In this document: positions 47,964-56,228 of the stretch, piece by piece
Layout of the letters: every line of letters starts with the position of its first letter
Position numbering within the stretch: position 1 is the first letter of the stretch
Source of the DNA: Candidatus Tayloriibacteriota bacterium
Lineage (GTDB): Bacteria > Patescibacteriota > Minisyncoccia > Phycocordibacterales > PALSA-1337
Direction of reading: 5' to 3'
Assembly (NCBI GenBank): GCA_016215455.1
Contig: JACRJP010000003.1
Span: 66,657-130,656, forward strand
DNA: 64,000 nt
Position numbers and translations under genes: made by a program
Notes under the pieces: model-generated
Told to the model about the DNA's origin: nothing
The model's database searches: none
What the model saw: the letters and a program-made list of their open reading frames with translations, nothing else

Positions 47964-49046
47964 TTATCGGCAAATAGGTGCAGTAACAGAGTTCCAGATA
48001 TTCTTGAAGAATTTACCAATCTTAGCACCAAATGATGAGCCAGCTGCGGCTGCAGTATTTGATGAAACTGGTGATGTTGTTGCGACTGCAATAACACCTC
48101 CTGTTTCTTCTGTGCCTGGAAGAGTAATTTTTACTTCAACACCACCTGATGTATCTGTTCCAACTGCAGGTCGTGCTGATGGAGTTGATATAACTTGTCC
48201 AACTGCTGGAGTAAGAGCAATCTCAGTACCGAAGAGTACGCCTGAACCAATCTTAGCAACTGGTCGAACGTAATATGTAGTACCAGGAACAATAGTGATA
48301 ACTGCTGTATGGTTAAATGTTGCAGAATCAAATTGTGTTCCATTTGAGTATCCGTACAATGTAGAACCATTAAGATTCTTCACTGATGTAGTTCCCCAAA
48401 CGAGTTGACCCTGAGCATTAGGAGTTGTGTTGAAACTTACCTTAATCTGAGTGTTACTGATCTTTGAGATCATAACATCAGTGATTTTCATAGCTGAGTA
48501 TCCTGAACCACCACCTGATCGTCCACCTGTTGATCCTGTAGAAGGATTAACTACTGGAGTAGAAGGAGTTGTTGTATCAGTACTTGCACTTGTACCACCT
48601 GAAGTTGTACTTGGTGCTGAAGCAGGATTTGTTGCACTGTTTCCACCTGCAGTTGTACTAGGTGCTAAAGCAATATTAGTTGCACTTGTACCACCTGAAG
48701 TTGTACTTGGAGCACCCGCAGTAACTGCACTATTTCCACCTGAGATAGTTGCTGGAGCTCCTGAAGTAGAAGCACTTGAACCACCTGGGATGAGAGTTAG
48801 TGATGAAACACTCACGCCACCTGAAACTGTTCCAGGAGCATATGTAACTATTGCACTTGAGCCACCTGAAATCACTGAAGGATTTCGATGTGATGAACGA
48901 ACACCACTACCTGTGCGGCCACCTGAAGCACTTGAGCCACCTGAAACTGTTCCAGGAGCTGCATCTGCTACAGTAGCAGTCAATGCAAAGGCCACCACAA
49001 AAGCATAGGCCAAAAACTTTGTAATTTTATTCATAAATGTATTCAT
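47964..49046 (-). CDS. Secreted surface protein with Ser/Gly/Thr-rich tandem repeats and an FN3-like domain
   Basis: Signal peptide. ~13-14-aa repeats (APSTTSGGTSATN / GGNSAVTAGAP ...). FN3/PAP-N-like domain (ITDVMISKISNTQIKVSF...TYYVRPVAK). Confidence 0.6.
   Translation of the reverse strand: MNTFMNKITKFLAYAFVVAFALTATVADAAPGTVSGGSSASGGRTGSGVRSSHRNPSVISGGSSAIVTYAPGTVSGGVSVSSLTLIPGGSSASTSGAPATISGGNSAVTAGAPSTTSGGTSATNIALAPSTTAGGNSATNPASAPSTTSGGTSASTDTTTPSTPVVNPSTGSTGGRSGGGSGYSAMKITDVMISKISNTQIKVSFNTTPNAQGQLVWGTTSVKNLNGSTLYGYSNGTQFDSATFNHTAVITIVPGTTYYVRPVAKIGSGVLFGTEIALTPAVGQVISTPSARPAVGTDTSGGVEVKITLPGTEETGGVIAVATTSPVSSNTAAAAGSSFGAKIGKFFKNIWNSVTAPICR
48520..48990. repeat. Tandem ~39-42-nt coding repeats within the surface-protein gene
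   Basis: Repeated units such as ccacctgaagttgtacttggtgctgaagcaggatttgttgcactgtttcc, recurring with variation. Confidence 0.55.
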
Positions 49047-49127
49047 GCGTATAAGTGTTACCGATAAACTGTAACAAGTAGTATTATATCACATCATACA
49101 TACTTGTCAATAGTATTGTAAATAAAA

Positions 49128-49151
49128 AGCGTCGGCCCGGAGGACGACGCT
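49128..49151. terminator. Hairpin terminator for the GC-rich minus-strand gene
   Basis: AGCGTCGgcccggaggaCGACGCT, 7-bp stem. Minus-strand side is followed by tttttatttac. Confidence 0.5.
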
Positions 49152-49179
49152 GAACTGAGTGGAAGGGGTCAAAAACCCA

Positions 49180-50178
49180 CTATTCCCTCAGCCGAAGAAA
49201 ACCACGCTGCCAATCGACCACGAGCTCAAGATGGGCCGCCGAGCCGATGTAGGCGAGAGGTGTCCAAACCGTGTCGTCAATGTTGCTCGCCCCCTCAACG
49301 AGGTAGGCGTGCCCCAGAACACCTCCGGGGACATTGATCTGAACATTGGCACCACTGTGCACAGCAGTCAAAGCAGGCAAAGGCGCCGCTTGACGTGTGC
49401 TCAAGCCTGCGCGTGTCGTGAGGGCAATGCCCGCATTAACACGGCAGTCGATGTTGATCGCGAAGGTGCCACCGTTCTCGACTTCGATCCAGGACTTAAT
49501 AGCCTGGAGTTCAGTCGCATTCGAGGCGGCGTAGAGCTGAGGATAGACGATCACGGCAAACTGCCGCACCGCCTGCGAACCCGAGCCCGAGTCCACCACT
49601 GAGTTGTCGCGACGAACGCCAATCGCCGTCTTCGCGTAGCCGAGTCCACCAAAGGACCGGGCTTCGTTGATTTGCCCATCCTGTGGGGACGAGCAAATCG
49701 TCGAGAGCATGTTCAAGTTGACGTCGCCGTCATCGAGAGCAGTCACCACGACGAGGACAGCAGCAGTGAGTCCGGGTTTCCCCGAAAACACACCCGAGGC
49801 GTTCGTGCCACCCCACGTGCTGTAGCCATTCACGGCCACAGCATAGTGCCACCAGGCATACGGCTCCTGACGGAGACGATACCCAGACGGAGTAGTAATC
49901 GGCGCGGTGTGCAGATGCCCAGAGCGCCAATCGCTCATAATCTGGGTTTCAGTTCCGGTGGATTCCGCAGCACTGAGCCACGGCAGTTCCAAGGGATACG
50001 CCTGGATGGCGTAATTGCTCGAGGGTTGTCCGACCGCCTGCTTGGCGATCTTCGGACCATCGTAGCTGGGGGCCGAAATTCGACCCGCCTGGATGGTCCG
50101 CGAAGCGGCCATCGAGGTGAAGGCGAAGACGAGGCTGACCAAGGCGGCCAGCACGAAACGGAACGATTTGGTGTTCAT
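49180..50178 (-). CDS. Secreted hypothetical protein encoded in a GC-rich (~60%) island, probable horizontal acquisition
   Basis: Start set at the signal-peptide Met (MNTKSFRFVLAALVSLVFAFTSMAAS). The ORF track extends it to 50334. GC-rich third codon positions, unlike every neighbouring gene. Plus-strand ORFs here are Arg-rich antisense artefacts. Confidence 0.55.
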   Translation of the reverse strand: MNTKSFRFVLAALVSLVFAFTSMAASRTIQAGRISAPSYDGPKIAKQAVGQPSSNYAIQAYPLELPWLSAAESTGTETQIMSDWRSGHLHTAPITTPSGYRLRQEPYAWWHYAVAVNGYSTWGGTNASGVFSGKPGLTAAVLVVVTALDDGDVNLNMLSTICSSPQDGQINEARSFGGLGYAKTAIGVRRDNSVVDSGSGSQAVRQFAVIVYPQLYAASNATELQAIKSWIEVENGGTFAINIDCRVNAGIALTTRAGLSTRQAAPLPALTAVHSGANVQINVPGGVLGHAYLVEGASNIDDTVWTPLAYIGSAAHLELVVDWQRGFLRLRE

Positions 50179-50383
50179 AGGAACGGTAACAGTATTGAGT
50201 CGATGAGCAAAGTGGCAACGAATGCCACATCGAGCTGCACAGTTTACTTGGTATCCGAACGAGATCGGAACCAGTCGGCAGTCTGCAAAGTATCTTATCA
50301 CATATCTATACTTTGTCAAGTGTCTCCTCGACAAGATCTTACAGATGTTTTATTACTATTTTTTCGCTCACCAGAGCCAAAAC

Positions 50384-50411
50384 TTGACAATATTCTTATA
50401 TATGCTATTAT
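50384..50411 (+). promoter_or_regulatory. Sigma-70-like promoter for the valS leader
   Basis: TTGACA (50384-50389), 16-nt spacer, TATTAT (50406-50411). Confidence 0.45.
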
Positions 50412-50527
50412 ATTAACCAGCAGAAACAGAAATTGTTCCTCTAGGCCACCGCGTGTGCGGAGGCGGTCGTTAGGCATCCTGTAAACCGTGTGTCAGGGAG
50501 CCTGTCGATTTGAACAGTCTGTTCTGC

Positions 50528-50570
50528 GAAGCCCTATGGATCACATCCTGGGGTTTCTTCTTTTTTATTT
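50528..50570 (+). promoter_or_regulatory. Intrinsic terminator/attenuator hairpin within the valS 5' leader
   Basis: GAAGCCC-15 nt-GGGTTTC followed by ttcttttttattttt, ~68 nt upstream of the valS ATG and ~140 nt downstream of the promoter. Confidence 0.45.
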
Positions 50571-50637
50571 TTCATTCTCTTTTAAGGTTCCTATCCCCCG
50601 CTATATTTTTCAATCATATTTTGCTAGTATAGTTCTC

Positions 50638-52887
50638 ATGACCGACGACATCTCGAAAAAGAAACCAGCATCTGCGACACCTATTCCCCAGAATATTCCT
50701 GACGCATTTCTCAAGCCATACGATCCAGCTTCAACCGAAGATCGTATCTATGAACTTTGGGAAAAGAGTTCACCTAAAAGTGGCTACTTTAACCCCGACA
50801 ACCTCCCTGAACGAAATCAAAAAGGAGATCCTTTTTCTATTGTTCTTCCCCCACCAAACGTAACCGGTACACTTCATATGGGTCATGCAGCGATGCTTGC
50901 CATCGAAGACATTATGATTCGCTATGCTCGTATGCAGGGCAAGAAAACTCTTTGGCTTCCTGGTACCGATCATGCAGCTATCGCGACTCAATCAAAAGTA
51001 GAAGGAATTATATACAAAGAAGAAAAGAAACGTCGTCACGATCTTGGTCGAGAAGAATTTCTCAAGCGTGTAGAAAAGTTTGCACAAGATAGTCATGACA
51101 CCATTGTTAATCAAGTTCGAAAGATGGGATCATCAATCGACTGGTCACGTGAAGCGTTTACTCTCGATGAGAAACGTAATATCGCAGTGCGTACCGCTTT
51201 CAAAAAAATGTATGACGATGGTCTAATCTATCGAGGTCACCGCATTGTTAACTGGGATCCAAAAGGTCAGACCACAATCTCTGATGATGAGATGGTGTAT
51301 CAAGACGAAACTACAAAGTTTTATTATTTCAAATACGGACCTTTTACTATTGGTACCGCTCGACCTGAAACAAAGTTCGGTGACAAATATGTTGTAATGC
51401 ATCCTGATGACACACGCTTTGCAGAATACAAGCATGGACAGAAAATTGATCTCGAGTGGATCAATGGCCCAATCACCGCAACAGTTATCAAAGACACTGC
51501 TATCGATATGACATTCGGTACTGGTGTCATGACGATTACTCCATGGCACAGTGTTGTCGACTTTGAAATAGCTGAACGTCATGGACTTGATAAGGAGCAG
51601 ATCATTGATAGTTACGGTAAACTTCTCCCTATTGCCGGCGAATTCTCTGGAATGAAAATTACTGATGCTCGAGGAAAAATCGTTGAAAAACTAAAAGCAA
51701 AAGGTTTGCTTGTAAAAGAAGAAGATTATTCTCATCGTGTTGCGACAGCAGAACGTACAGGAGCTCTCGTTGAACCTCAGATTATGAATCAATGGTTCAT
51801 TGGTGTTAATCAAGAATTCGACCATAACGGAAAAAAGACCACTCTCAAACAACTCATGCAGAATGCAGTTAAAAAAGATGGTATTAAAATCCTTCCTGAT
51901 CGTTTTGAGAAAACATATTTCAGTTGGATTGATAATCTTCGTGACTGGTGTATTAGTCGACAAATTTGGTATGGCCATCGTATTCCTGTGTGGTATCGAA
52001 CAGTAGATGGCAAAGAAGAAATTTACTGTGATATCGAAGCTCCACAAGGCTCTGACTGGAAACAAGATGAAGATACACTCGATACATGGTTCTCATCAGG
52101 TCTTTGGACATTCTCTACTCTTGGTTGGCCCGATGAAAAAGAATTCGCCAAAATGCGGATGTATCACCCTACATCAGTTCTTGAAACAGGCTACGACATT
52201 ATCTTCTTCTGGGTTGCTCGTATGATTCTCATGAGTACCTATATCTTAGGTGAGATTCCTTTCCAAACCGTCTATCTCCACGGGCTTGTTCGTGATGGCC
52301 AGGGTCGCAAAATGAGTAAATCACTTGGTAATATTATTGACCCTCTCGATATGGTTAAGAAGTACGGTGCTGACGCCACTCGCCTCTCACTCATCATTGG
52401 TACCGGACCAGGTAACGATACAAAGCTTTCAGAAGATAAGGTGAAGGGATATAAAAATTTTGCAAATAAACTTTGGAATATTACACGCTTCGTTCTTGGT
52501 AGTACCGAAGGTCATACCTACGATCCAAACTTTACTGCATGGTCAGCAACTGATACACAGTACATCACTGAATTTAAAGCTCTCCTTTCTGAAGTTACCA
52601 AGGAAATGGAGGAATATAAATTCTATCTCGTAGGAGAAAAACTCTATCACTATGCATGGCATACGTTTGCAGACAAAATTCTTGAAGAAAGTAAGGTGAT
52701 TTTTGCAAACAAAGATACATCTGCATTCGCAGATCAAAAATCTCGAGCACAATTCCTTCTTCATACTCTCTACAGTATTCTCAAAGCACTCCACCCATTC
52801 ATGCCATTCGTAACTGAAGAGATCTGGGGACTTCTTCCAGTACATAAAGACAAGCAGCACCTCATCGTGGAAAACTGGCCTGCATAA
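50638..52887 (+). CDS. valS: Valyl-tRNA synthetase (short form, lacks a C-terminal coiled-coil extension)
   Basis: Start moved to MTDDISKKK (ATG at 50638). HIGH region PPPNVTGTLHMGHA. KMSKS motif KMSKSLGN. ~749 aa ending ...LIVENWPA. Confidence 0.9.
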   Translation: MTDDISKKKPASATPIPQNIPDAFLKPYDPASTEDRIYELWEKSSPKSGYFNPDNLPERNQKGDPFSIVLPPPNVTGTLHMGHAAMLAIEDIMIRYARMQGKKTLWLPGTDHAAIATQSKVEGIIYKEEKKRRHDLGREEFLKRVEKFAQDSHDTIVNQVRKMGSSIDWSREAFTLDEKRNIAVRTAFKKMYDDGLIYRGHRIVNWDPKGQTTISDDEMVYQDETTKFYYFKYGPFTIGTARPETKFGDKYVVMHPDDTRFAEYKHGQKIDLEWINGPITATVIKDTAIDMTFGTGVMTITPWHSVVDFEIAERHGLDKEQIIDSYGKLLPIAGEFSGMKITDARGKIVEKLKAKGLLVKEEDYSHRVATAERTGALVEPQIMNQWFIGVNQEFDHNGKKTTLKQLMQNAVKKDGIKILPDRFEKTYFSWIDNLRDWCISRQIWYGHRIPVWYRTVDGKEEIYCDIEAPQGSDWKQDEDTLDTWFSSGLWTFSTLGWPDEKEFAKMRMYHPTSVLETGYDIIFFWVARMILMSTYILGEIPFQTVYLHGLVRDGQGRKMSKSLGNIIDPLDMVKKYGADATRLSLIIGTGPGNDTKLSEDKVKGYKNFANKLWNITRFVLGSTEGHTYDPNFTAWSATDTQYITEFKALLSEVTKEMEEYKFYLVGEKLYHYAWHTFADKILEESKVIFANKDTSAFADQKSRAQFLLHTLYSILKALHPFMPFVTEEIWGLLPVHKDKQHLIVENWPA

Positions 52888-52916
52888 CCTTGCATCTCTG
52901 CGGTATACTGTAGGAC

Positions 52917-53612
52917 ATGGAGCTTACGCACTTTCTATACGGACTACTTTCTGGTGTCATCCCCGCTATTCTTTGGCTTATGTTTTGGTTGCGTGAAGAT
53001 AATCTTCACCCTGAACCTCGTTCTCGTATCGCAAAATGTTTCTGTGCAGGTATGGTGGCGGTAATTGCTGTTCTTCCTTTCCAAATCCTTACATCAAAAT
53101 ATATCTCTGATACTCAGCACCAATACCTTATCTGGGCAACACTTGAAGAAATCTTTAAATACCTCGCGGCACTTATTGTTGCCCTCCGTACCAACATTCT
53201 CGAAGAACCGATTGATGCAATGATCTACATGATCACCGCTGCATTAGGTTTTGCTGCTCTTGAAAATGCTTTTTTTATCATGGGACCCCTATCAACTGGA
53301 GCAATCGCAAAGACAATTATTACAGGTAACCTACGTTTCATTGGAGCAACTCTTCTCCATGTTGTTGCCTCAGGAACAGTAGGTATGTGCATGGGGCTCG
53401 CATTCTATAAAAAAGGTTTTGGTCGTTTCCTCGCTCTTATCACAGGACTTATCATAGCAACAGCATTGCATACTACCTTTAATTTATTTATAATAAGTGC
53501 AACAGCGTTTGATACCTTGAAGATTTTCGGTGTTGTCTGGATTGGAGTTATCATCATCATACTCCTCTTCGAGAAAGTGAAAGCTGTGCAACCGACACCA
53601 ACAACTATTTAA
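52917..53612 (+). CDS. PrsW-family intramembrane metalloprotease
   Basis: Polytopic. Conserved LEEIFKYL (EExxK), GFAALENAFF (FxxxEN) and HTTFN (HxxxN) motifs. Confidence 0.65.
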   Translation: MELTHFLYGLLSGVIPAILWLMFWLREDNLHPEPRSRIAKCFCAGMVAVIAVLPFQILTSKYISDTQHQYLIWATLEEIFKYLAALIVALRTNILEEPIDAMIYMITAALGFAALENAFFIMGPLSTGAIAKTIITGNLRFIGATLLHVVASGTVGMCMGLAFYKKGFGRFLALITGLIIATALHTTFNLFIISATAFDTLKIFGVVWIGVIIIILLFEKVKAVQPTPTTI

Positions 53613-53621
53613 CAATTTTTT

Positions 53622-54101
53622 ATGCCAAAAGAGAAAAAATCATTCTTCGAACGTCTAACTGGAAGTGTCAAACTTGAGGAAAATGAGTTCGAAACTCGCC
53701 CTTCTTCAAAAAGCCCTATCCTTAGTGAGGAAGTCGAGAAAGATGCTTGGGAAAATACTGAGCAAGAAAAAGAAGGTGAACTCACTGTTGATGTCTATCA
53801 AACAGCAGAGCATATTGTTATAAAAACTATGGTTGCAGGTGTACGCCCTGAAGATCTCGATATTTCTATCACACGAGATTTGGTAACTATTCGAGGAAAG
53901 CGAGAAGAAGACCGAAGTGTGAAAACAAATGACTATTTCGTTCAAGAACTCTACTGGGGCGCCTTCTCACGTTCAATTACTCTTCCCGAAGAAGTGGATG
54001 TTGAAGAATCAGAAGCGATTGAGAAGCACGGCCTACTTATCATCAAAATGCCAAAACTTGATAAGGGACGACAGACAAAACTCAAAGTAAAAACAATATA
54101 A
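53622..54101 (+). CDS. Small heat shock protein (Hsp20/alpha-crystallin family)
   Basis: Alpha-crystallin domain (LTVDVYQTAEHIVIKTMVAGVRPEDLDISITRDLVTIRGKRE...GAFSRSITLPEEVD...). I-x-I-like C-terminus. Confidence 0.85.
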   Translation: MPKEKKSFFERLTGSVKLEENEFETRPSSKSPILSEEVEKDAWENTEQEKEGELTVDVYQTAEHIVIKTMVAGVRPEDLDISITRDLVTIRGKREEDRSVKTNDYFVQELYWGAFSRSITLPEEVDVEESEAIEKHGLLIIKMPKLDKGRQTKLKVKTI

Positions 54102-54102
54102 C

Positions 54103-54137
54103 AAAAAAAGAACATCGCAAGATGTTCTTTTTTTGTT
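54103..54137. terminator. Bidirectional hairpin terminator
   Basis: aaaaaaAGAACATCgcaaGATGTTCTttttttt between hsp20 and the minus-strand tRNA-Phe. Confidence 0.6.
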
Positions 54138-54138
54138 A

Positions 54139-54214
54139 TGGTGCCGAGAACCAGATTTGAACTGGTGACCTATCCCTCTTCAGGGGAGCGCTCTACCAAC
54201 TGAGCTATCTCGGC
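54139..54214 (-). tRNA. tRNA-Phe (anticodon GAA), CCA encoded
   Basis: Reverse complement GCCGAGATAGCTCAGTTGGTAGAGCGCTCCCCTGAAGAGGGATAGGTCACCAGTTCAAATCTGGTTCTCGGCACCA. Anticodon loop CTGAAGA. Confidence 0.8.
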
Positions 54215-54299
54215 ATATTTATTATTCTACATCATAAGTTACAGCCTCCACGTTATCTACCAAAACAGCTATCTCGGCATATTTGATCTTATCCTCTTA

Positions 54300-54566
54300 T
54301 TATTTAGTCGTGTTAGAAAAATCTGACAAGAGCTCTCTAAACTGAGCAACACTATCTGTTGCAGTTCCATATACACCACTTGCTGCTTTAAGATACGGCT
54401 GAACGAAGTAGTACGCACCAAATGATGTCACGATGATAAGAGTCCAGTAGAGTACACGAAATGCTGTGCCGAAGCGTTGTGCTCGGCGCAATGAACGTAA
54501 CATGTCATTGTTTTCTTCTGTAAGCCTATACGTGCGCTCAAGAAGTGCTTTCTCCTCAGGACTCAT
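54300..54566 (-). CDS. Hypothetical small membrane protein
   Basis: 88 aa with one TM helix (VLYWTLIIVTSFGAYYFV). Sits between two tRNA genes. Confidence 0.35.
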   Translation of the reverse strand: MSPEEKALLERTYRLTEENNDMLRSLRRAQRFGTAFRVLYWTLIIVTSFGAYYFVQPYLKAASGVYGTATDSVAQFRELLSDFSNTTK

Positions 54567-54621
54567 GGAAATGAGTATACCAAAAAACCATTAAAAATCC
54601 AGTTTTATTCACAATAATCTG

Positions 54622-54693
54622 TGCCCCCGGCCTGAATCGAACGGGCAACTATTCCTTAGGACGGAACTGTTATATCCATTTAACTACGGGGGC
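54622..54693 (-). tRNA. tRNA-Arg (anticodon CCT)
   Basis: Reverse complement GCCCCCGTAGTTAAATGGATATAACAGTTCCGTCCTAAGGAATAGTTGCCCGTTCGATTCAGGCCGGGGGCA. 7-bp acceptor stem, D-stem GTTA/TAAC, anticodon loop GTCCTAA, TTCGATT T-loop. One C-A mismatch in the T-stem. Confidence 0.65.
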
Positions 54694-54712
54694 CGGCCAA
54701 AAGAAAATTTGG

Positions 54713-54949
54713 CTATTTAGTACCAAGAAGTTCAGCAAGGCGACTTTCTTCGTAACCAACAATCACCTTTCCATCAACTTCAATAACAGGTACGCCCATC
54801 TGACCAGTCTTCTCAATCATTTCCTTTCTTTTTTCAAGATCAGTCGCAACATTGATTTCAGTATATGCAACTCCCTTACTCTTCATATAATCCTTTGCCA
54901 TATTACAATATGAACATGTTGGTGTTGAATAGATAGTGACGTTTTTCAT
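54713..54949 (-). CDS. Glutaredoxin-like protein (NrdH/Grx fold)
   Basis: Start moved to MKNVTIYSTPTCSYCNMAKDYM. C-x-x-C active site, then GVPVIEVDGKVIVGY typical of the thioredoxin fold. Confidence 0.65.
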   Translation of the reverse strand: MKNVTIYSTPTCSYCNMAKDYMKSKGVAYTEINVATDLEKRKEMIEKTGQMGVPVIEVDGKVIVGYEESRLAELLGTK

Positions 54950-55068
54950 GGTTGTTACGTTAAATTTATAAGTTTGGTAATTATACCAGATTATACTAAG
55001 TAGCAAAATCTGCATATAGACAATGCCATAAGATAGTGTAGTATCAAAAATGGACATTCTTACATACC

Positions 55069-55677
55069 ATGGACACTCCTCGGTTATTCAAAAAAATGGT
55101 GAAGCGCCTGATACCAGCACGTCGCAAATACAGGACTAATACCACCACAAACTACAGCATGTTGGGTGGGCTGGCTACACCCTTTAATCCCACACCTAGT
55201 TTCATCTATGGTTTTAAGGGTCCCAACGAATCAGTCGAAGAAATCATCAAATCAGATGAAAACCTCCTCAGAGAGCTGAAAGTTACTCACGAAGAACTTG
55301 CTGCCCTAATCGACGAGGTCTTCGCGACAGACGATGATGTATTCTGTGGCTGCCCCCTTATACGTTGGACAAACATCCACAGTCCCATCTGTCCATTTGG
55401 AGACTTCTGCACAAAATCGATCTTTGATTACCAACCACAAGTCACTGAAATTTGGTTGTGTGACCCTGATCATTGGGAAGAAATCCAAGCTTGGTATCAT
55501 TCCTTTACTACAAATGGTTACCCGATCAATGACCTCAAAAGGTTTGTAGATTTAAAATGGGTCATTGTCTTCTCTGATCTTCATCCACATCTCATTCGAG
55601 CTCATCACTTTTTTGAAGGTCACGAAACCCCTTACCGGGTCGACCCAAGACTTCTTGCCCGTATGCTGCCAAGATAG
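55069..55677 (+). CDS. Hypothetical Cys/His/Trp-rich protein
   Basis: 202 aa with scattered Cys (FCGCPLIRW...HSPICPFGDFC...WLCDPDHW). No recognised domain. Confidence 0.35.
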   Translation: MDTPRLFKKMVKRLIPARRKYRTNTTTNYSMLGGLATPFNPTPSFIYGFKGPNESVEEIIKSDENLLRELKVTHEELAALIDEVFATDDDVFCGCPLIRWTNIHSPICPFGDFCTKSIFDYQPQVTEIWLCDPDHWEEIQAWYHSFTTNGYPINDLKRFVDLKWVIVFSDLHPHLIRAHHFFEGHETPYRVDPRLLARMLPR

Positions 55678-55692
55678 CTCGGTCATTTTTAT

Positions 55693-56076
55693 TTAAAACC
55701 AATTCTTAATTTTCTGCCAAATTCCAACAGGAGCAGCGACTTGGGTACTTGTTGTAGTAGCTTCTTTAGGTGCACCGACGATCACAGCCACCTCTTCCCC
55801 TTCTTTTACCACACGAAACTTAGTACGAAGCTCAGCATCAATTCCTTGGCTTGTTTTGAGGTACTGAACAGAATTTGCGAGTGATTCTTCACGATCATGT
55901 ACTTTTTTTAGTTCATTTTGAGCTCGCTCAAGATACTCACGACTCATCGTTTCTTTTTGATATACCTTGTATACTCCACGAAGTGAGAATAAGACAACGA
56001 TGAATAATAACAAAAGAAACATGGGTGAAAATAACCATTTTTTCACGGAACGTCCACGATCTAGATTGACTGACAT
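55693..56076 (-). CDS. FtsB/DivIC-like septum formation initiator (TM + coiled-coil)
   Basis: N-terminal TM (FLLLLFIVVLFSL), then a coiled-coil (YQKETMSREYLERAQNELKKVHDREESLANSVQYL) and beta-rich tail. Family assignment by architecture only. Confidence 0.45.
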   Translation of the reverse strand: MSVNLDRGRSVKKWLFSPMFLLLLFIVVLFSLRGVYKVYQKETMSREYLERAQNELKKVHDREESLANSVQYLKTSQGIDAELRTKFRVVKEGEEVAVIVGAPKEATTTSTQVAAPVGIWQKIKNWF

Positions 56077-56228
56077 AGATATAGTATACTACATCGTACT
56101 ATGATATTTAATCCAAAAAACCAGAAATACATTAAGGCCTTCGGTATTATTGTCAGTATCCTTATTGCACTAAGTTTGGTGTTGACTCTCGTTCCATCAT
56201 TCTTCTATTAAGAAAATCAACCCTCGAC

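Noticed and set aside
48451-49008. 185-aa plus-strand ORF antisense to the repeat surface protein
   Set aside because: Mirror image of the tandem repeats (PPE/VVLGA repeats). The minus-strand gene has a signal peptide and an FN3-like domain.
50440-50470. Possible T-box sequence (ggccACCGCGtgtgcgg) in the valS leader
   Set aside because: Only a partial match to the T-box consensus AGGGTGGNACCGCG, and it sits ~70 nt from the terminator stem rather than directly adjacent. Kept as a generic attenuator candidate instead.
49159-50484. Plus-strand ORFs 49159-49602 and 49672-50484 in the GC-rich island
   Set aside because: High GC yields long ORFs in all frames. These translations are Arg/Gly-rich without secretion or structure signals, whereas the minus-strand frame has a clean signal peptide.
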